Source of the DNA: Promethearchaeota archaeon
GTDB lineage: Archaea; Asgardarchaeota; Lokiarchaeia; Sigyniarchaeales; SOKP01
Reading direction: 5' to 3'
DNA length: 10,863 nt
Assembly (NCBI GenBank): GCA_048941265.1
Contig: JBHLNT010000143.1
Coordinates: 1 to 10,863 of the forward strand
Part shown: piece by piece, positions 7,586 to 10,863 of the stretch
Layout of the letters: the number at the start of each line of letters is the position of its first letter
Position numbering within the stretch: the stretch's first letter is position 1
Position numbers and translations under genes: made by a program
Notes under the pieces: model-generated
Database searches by the model: none
What the model was told of the DNA's origin: nothing
Seen by the model: the letters and a program-made list of their open reading frames with translations, nothing else

Positions 7586-9340
7586 TTAACAGAAAAATTT
7601 GTAATTATCAATTATTTTTTCAGGTATACTACTATATTTCTCAATTATCTCTCTAAAAGTTAAATTAGAGTCGTTAAAAAATTCTTCAAAAAAATCACGA
7701 ACCATGTATCGTTTTAAATATCTTTTATCCGTTGTATAAACAGTTAGGTGGAATATATTGGTTAATATATCTTCTGGCATCACACCTTCTTGCAAAAACC
7801 GCGTACTCTCTTCTTTTCGTAGATATTTTTTTAATTTAGGGTAAGTCATTTTCTGACCAGTAAAAAATTCAGAAATCTGAGGCACAATCTGCTTCCTCAT
7901 TGTATCTAAAGCTATACCATACTTCTCTGCAATTTTTAAAACTGTCATATCTTGTTGTGTTATCCATGTCATTACAGTATTAGGAGCATAACCTCTAAAT
8001 ATTGTTAATTGATTTTTAAATGAATTTTTAATTAATGCTAAGTCGTAGAAACCTGCTTTTAAAAATTGTTGTATATTGATCAATGGACCTCCAAACCATT
8101 CTATTAATCTAACTTTAATACCGTGATACTCATATGGTAATATCTTTCTTAAATCATCCATACTAAGATCGTCAATTTCCTTAATTAATTCCCATATTAC
8201 AGGACTTAAAGCGATCTTTTGTAATTTCTTAAATGATTTAAAAAAAGTCTTCGGAAGCCTTCTTGAAAGATAAGCATCATTAATATTTCGATTTATAACG
8301 CATGAAAGGATATTTGCTATATCCTTTAACCAAAGACCTAATGAAGCTAATGCAAGCATATCTAACCAATTAATATGAATCCCTCGATTATGCCCACCTT
8401 TCTTCATATTCAAGCCATATGGAAAAATTGTCCCTGAAACATCTTTATTATTTACTTTATGGTTAAGAAATTCAATTAAATGTTCTTCACTCGCAAGAGC
8501 TTTTGATTTGGAAGAATGAGCCTCTATAATATATATGTTAAAATATTTTCCTATAACTTCATCAGATATAATAAATTCTAGAACTTTTTGTGCTTCCCAA
8601 TATTTAGTAGAAATATACCAATAAACAATAGTATCTATATCAGCAATGGTAGGATCTAGATCTGCTTCTCTATCTATATTATTAATTTCTCTTATAATTC
8701 TTTCAGTCTCATTGGTCAAAGCTATAATAATTGCTTGATCAAAAAATCTTGTTAAGGAATTATTCGCACAGTTTCTTATAGCACTCTCTACTTCTAACTC
8801 TATTCTAGAAGTAAAATCACATGTAAAACCAATATACGGAAGATCAATTAAAGGTACACCTTTAAAAATAGTTGTTGAGTCTTTCCAATCCCATCTGTAT
8901 AAAAAAAATTCAAATCCGTATTTAATTGGATTTTCTATAACCTTTTCAAATCTGGGATCACCTAATTTAATTACATCGCTTACCTCATTTAATGTAAAAT
9001 AATTTATCCTTTTTTGAACTATCTTACTTCCATTCTCTTTGTTAAGCTCTTGACGAGCATATCTATATTCATCAATAATTCTTTTGACATTAGATTCCGA
9101 AAATTTAATTAGTTTCTCAAAAATAATATCTCCTTTATGCTCTCTTAATATTTTTGCTTTCTTCTTATTATATCCTTTCAATTTTGTAATATCAAGATCT
9201 CTGGCTTCATTTTTTTTAATATTTGCTAATAACAAGTTCCTATTTAGATTATATTTCCTAAATAGAGGAGAGCAATATAAAGAGCCCGTATTATCATCTT
9301 TGCACACAAATTGGTCTTCTTCATTATCATCTAATCTCAT
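7586..9340 (-). CDS. Large GIY-YIG nuclease-domain protein with C-terminal HTH-like segments (homing-endonuclease-like), 584 aa
   Basis: FLY(146-148)...YIGFT(169-173)...R179, then after a long insert FNIYIIE...KALASEEHLI (E285)...GTIFPYGLNMKKGG (N311). This matches the GIY-YIG order Y..YIG..R..E..N and the T-x-x-P-x-G-(Y/L)-N-x-x-x-GG terminal motif. HTH-like: LGLWLKDIANILS...DAYLSRRL and MTVLKIAEKYGIALDTMRKQI. Confidence 0.75.
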   Translation of the reverse strand: MRLDDNEEDQFVCKDDNTGSLYCSPLFRKYNLNRNLLLANIKKNEARDLDITKLKGYNKKKAKILREHKGDIIFEKLIKFSESNVKRIIDEYRYARQELNKENGSKIVQKRINYFTLNEVSDVIKLGDPRFEKVIENPIKYGFEFFLYRWDWKDSTTIFKGVPLIDLPYIGFTCDFTSRIELEVESAIRNCANNSLTRFFDQAIIIALTNETERIIREINNIDREADLDPTIADIDTIVYWYISTKYWEAQKVLEFIISDEVIGKYFNIYIIEAHSSKSKALASEEHLIEFLNHKVNNKDVSGTIFPYGLNMKKGGHNRGIHINWLDMLALASLGLWLKDIANILSCVINRNINDAYLSRRLPKTFFKSFKKLQKIALSPVIWELIKEIDDLSMDDLRKILPYEYHGIKVRLIEWFGGPLINIQQFLKAGFYDLALIKNSFKNQLTIFRGYAPNTVMTWITQQDMTVLKIAEKYGIALDTMRKQIVPQISEFFTGQKMTYPKLKKYLRKEESTRFLQEGVMPEDILTNIFHLTVYTTDKRYLKRYMVRDFFEEFFNDSNLTFREIIEKYSSIPEKIIDNYKFFC

Positions 9341-9463
9341 ACCTTAAAACACTGAAAGAATTATTTAGCGTGTAATATATTAGAAAAAACGTTTAAAAAC
9401 AGATTCAATATTAATTGTGTATTTATCTTTAAATATGTATATCCTAATCTTTTTAAAAAAAGG

Positions 9464-9487
9464 TTGACAGGGTCAAACGTTTGACAG
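9464..9487. repeat. 14-bp perfect palindrome GTCAAACGTTTGAC (9472-9485) with TTGACAG direct repeats (9464-9470, 9481-9487)
   Basis: Read directly; it lies exactly at the 5' breakpoint of the uppS remnant. Confidence 0.7.
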
Positions 9488-9667
9488 CTCGATTATCTCA
9501 TCAGAACTGGGATGGATGATGGAATGAGATTATCTGGATTTCTTTTATGGGATGCATCGTACGCCGAATTTAAGTTTCGAAATGATTTATGGCCGGAATA
9601 TAATAATGAAAAGCTTTTCGAAGACTTGAGCGATTATATAAAAAGAAATAGGCGTAAAAGTAAGTAA
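9485..9667 (+). pseudogene. uppS: 3' remnant (last 60 codons) of cis-prenyltransferase / undecaprenyl-diphosphate synthase family gene
   Basis: Not in the ORF track. QLDYLIRTGMDDGMRLSGFLLWDASYAEFKFRNDLWPEYNNEKLFEDLSDYIKRNRRKSK* matches the UppS C-terminal consensus D-LLIRT-G-x-RLS-x-FLLW-x-x-x-YAE...LWP-x-F...R-x-RR. An in-frame TGA (9482-9484) lies immediately upstream, and the N-terminal DGNRR catalytic motif is absent from the window. Confidence 0.85.
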
Positions 9668-9967
9668 ATCTAATCATAAAAGGAGTTAAATGATTAAAAA
9701 AGGTATACTGTAATAGATTATCAATTTTTATACTAGATCTCACTTTTTTCGTAAGGATTTTTGCGACGATTGCTATAGCCTTTTCCTTTTCTTGCAGTAT
9801 CAGCTTGACCTCATAATTCGAAATTTGAGAAAATTGGATTAGAGCCATATCGCTCAATCAATCAGAAGCACAGCAGGAGGGAGGTAATAGAGGAAAAGAA
9901 TAAAGATTCATAGTTAAAATGAAGAAAATCGTTATTCTATTAATTAGAGATCAATAGATAAATATTA

Positions 9968-9994
9968 ATATGTGAATTCACATATATTCACATA
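9968..9994. promoter_or_regulatory. Probable autoregulatory operator of the vapBC operon
   Basis: 18-bp perfect palindrome ATATGTGAATTCACATAT (9968-9985), plus ATTCACATA repeated at 9976 and 9986 (10-bp spacing). Located 25-50 nt upstream of the antitoxin ATG, over the expected TATA/BRE position. Confidence 0.65.
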
Positions 9995-10018
9995 AATAAC
10001 AATCAACTTAAGATTAAA

Positions 10019-10243
10019 ATGGCAAATTTAACCTTATCTATTCCTGATGAATTAAAAAAGATGATGGAAAATTTTCCAGAGATTAATTGGTCTGAAGTCG
10101 CAAGAGATTCAATTAAAAAAAAGATTGTACAATTAAATTTTTTAAAAGGCTTACGAATCGACAGTGAAATAACTCCAGAGGATGCGTTAAATCTTGGAAA
10201 AGAAGTAAGTGAACTCTTAATAAAGCGTATTAAGAGTGAATAA
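10019..10243 (+). CDS. vapB: Ribbon-helix-helix (CopG-like) VapB-type antitoxin
   Basis: MANLTLSIPDELKKMM (RHH beta strand plus helix), EINWSEVAR motif of archaeal RHH antitoxins; 3 bp upstream of a PIN gene. Confidence 0.8.
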   Translation: MANLTLSIPDELKKMMENFPEINWSEVARDSIKKKIVQLNFLKGLRIDSEITPEDALNLGKEVSELLIKRIKSE

Positions 10244-10246
10244 CAT

Positions 10247-10666
10247 ATGAAGTTAGTTGTTGACGCTAATATTCTCTTTGCCGCTTTAATAAAAGAGGAA
10301 TTAACTGCTGAGCTCTTGATTAGTGACAAACTGCAGCTTTTTGCACCCGAATTCTTATTTGCGGAATTTTCCAAATATGAAGAACTCATTCTGAAAAAAA
10401 CACATCGTTCTAAGAAAGATTTCAAGAAGTATTTAGAATTATTAAAAGAGCAGATTACTATTATTCCAAAAAAGGAAATAACACTTTTTATAGATAAGGC
10501 TGAAAAAATATCTCCAGATCCTAAAGATACTATATATTTGGCTCTTGCGCTGGCACTTAAATCCAGTATTTGGTCGAATGATAAAAGTCTAAAGGAATTT
10601 CAAGAAGAAGTAACTGTTTTATCAACAGAGGAATTAATTGAAAAAACAAATTTATTAAAAATCTAA
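10247..10666 (+). CDS. vapC: PIN-domain ribonuclease toxin (VapC)
   Basis: LVVDANIL, conserved Glu (FAEF), DPKDTIYLALA, IWSNDKSL, VLSTEEL: the full acidic PIN active-site set in 139 aa. Confidence 0.9.
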   Translation: MKLVVDANILFAALIKEELTAELLISDKLQLFAPEFLFAEFSKYEELILKKTHRSKKDFKKYLELLKEQITIIPKKEITLFIDKAEKISPDPKDTIYLALALALKSSIWSNDKSLKEFQEEVTVLSTEELIEKTNLLKI

Positions 10667-10683
10667 ATAATTATACCACAATT

Positions 10684-10735
10684 CCTATAAGCCGTCGGGA
10701 AGGGACAAGCACGGTGGAGACGCCATAGAGATAGG
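10684..10735 (+). other. GC-rich patch able to form hairpins; candidate structured RNA or element end
   Basis: 24 of 34 nt are G/C in 10691-10724, against a strongly AT-rich background. GGTG-GAGA-CGCC is a GNRA-capped hairpin, and CCTAT(10684)/ATAGG(10731) forms a closing stem. Confidence 0.3.
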
Positions 10736-10863
10736 TATTAAAAAAACACATATTTTTTCAAGATGGAAAGCAGGTACTAATAAAAATTAAAAAAAAAAAT
10801 TAGATTGATGATCTTAATCTTTATAATAATTAGTAAAATCCTAAGCTCTTAAATAATACTTCA

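Noticed and set aside
9084-9347. 87-aa plus-strand ORF
   Set aside because: Antisense shadow of the GIY-YIG gene, F/L/S-rich.
7215-9462. TTTTTAAAAAA at ~7216 and ~9450 as target-site duplication flanking the nuclease gene
   Set aside because: Low-complexity match expected by chance in AT-rich DNA; flanking bases do not extend the match.
7200-9667. uppS split by a group I intron encoding the GIY-YIG protein
   Set aside because: The nuclease is on the opposite strand, no 5' uppS exon is present upstream, and no intron core structure is evident.
9570-9857. 95-aa minus-strand ORF
   Set aside because: TTG start, no recognisable motif, and its 3' third is antisense to the clearly homologous uppS remnant.
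10003-10425. 140-aa minus-strand ORF
   Set aside because: Antisense shadow of vapBC.

Overview
AT-rich archaeal window that looks like an Asgard (Lokiarchaeia-like) chromosome, judged from a Roadblock/LC7-small GTPase fusion, a 7TM protein ending in PEWL, and a decayed copy of a protein family I recall from Lokiarchaeia. Left part (1-4135): a partial CDS at the window edge, an HD hydrolase, a 7TM membrane protein, an alkaline-phosphatase-superfamily phosphodiesterase and a HAD hydrolase. Middle (4240-7142): a multiply disrupted pseudogene, an unknown 289-aa protein and the Roadblock-Rab-like GTPase. Right part (7200-10863) looks accessory: a 50-aa ORF; a 584-aa orphan with a divergent, insertion-containing GIY-YIG nuclease core followed by HTH-like segments; an unannotated 3' remnant of cis-prenyltransferase uppS that begins exactly at a 14-bp palindrome; a vapBC pair with a clear palindromic operator; and a short GC-rich, hairpin-forming patch. 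No tRNA, rRNA, CRISPR array, integrase or transposase was seen. All assignments are by eye; no searches were run.
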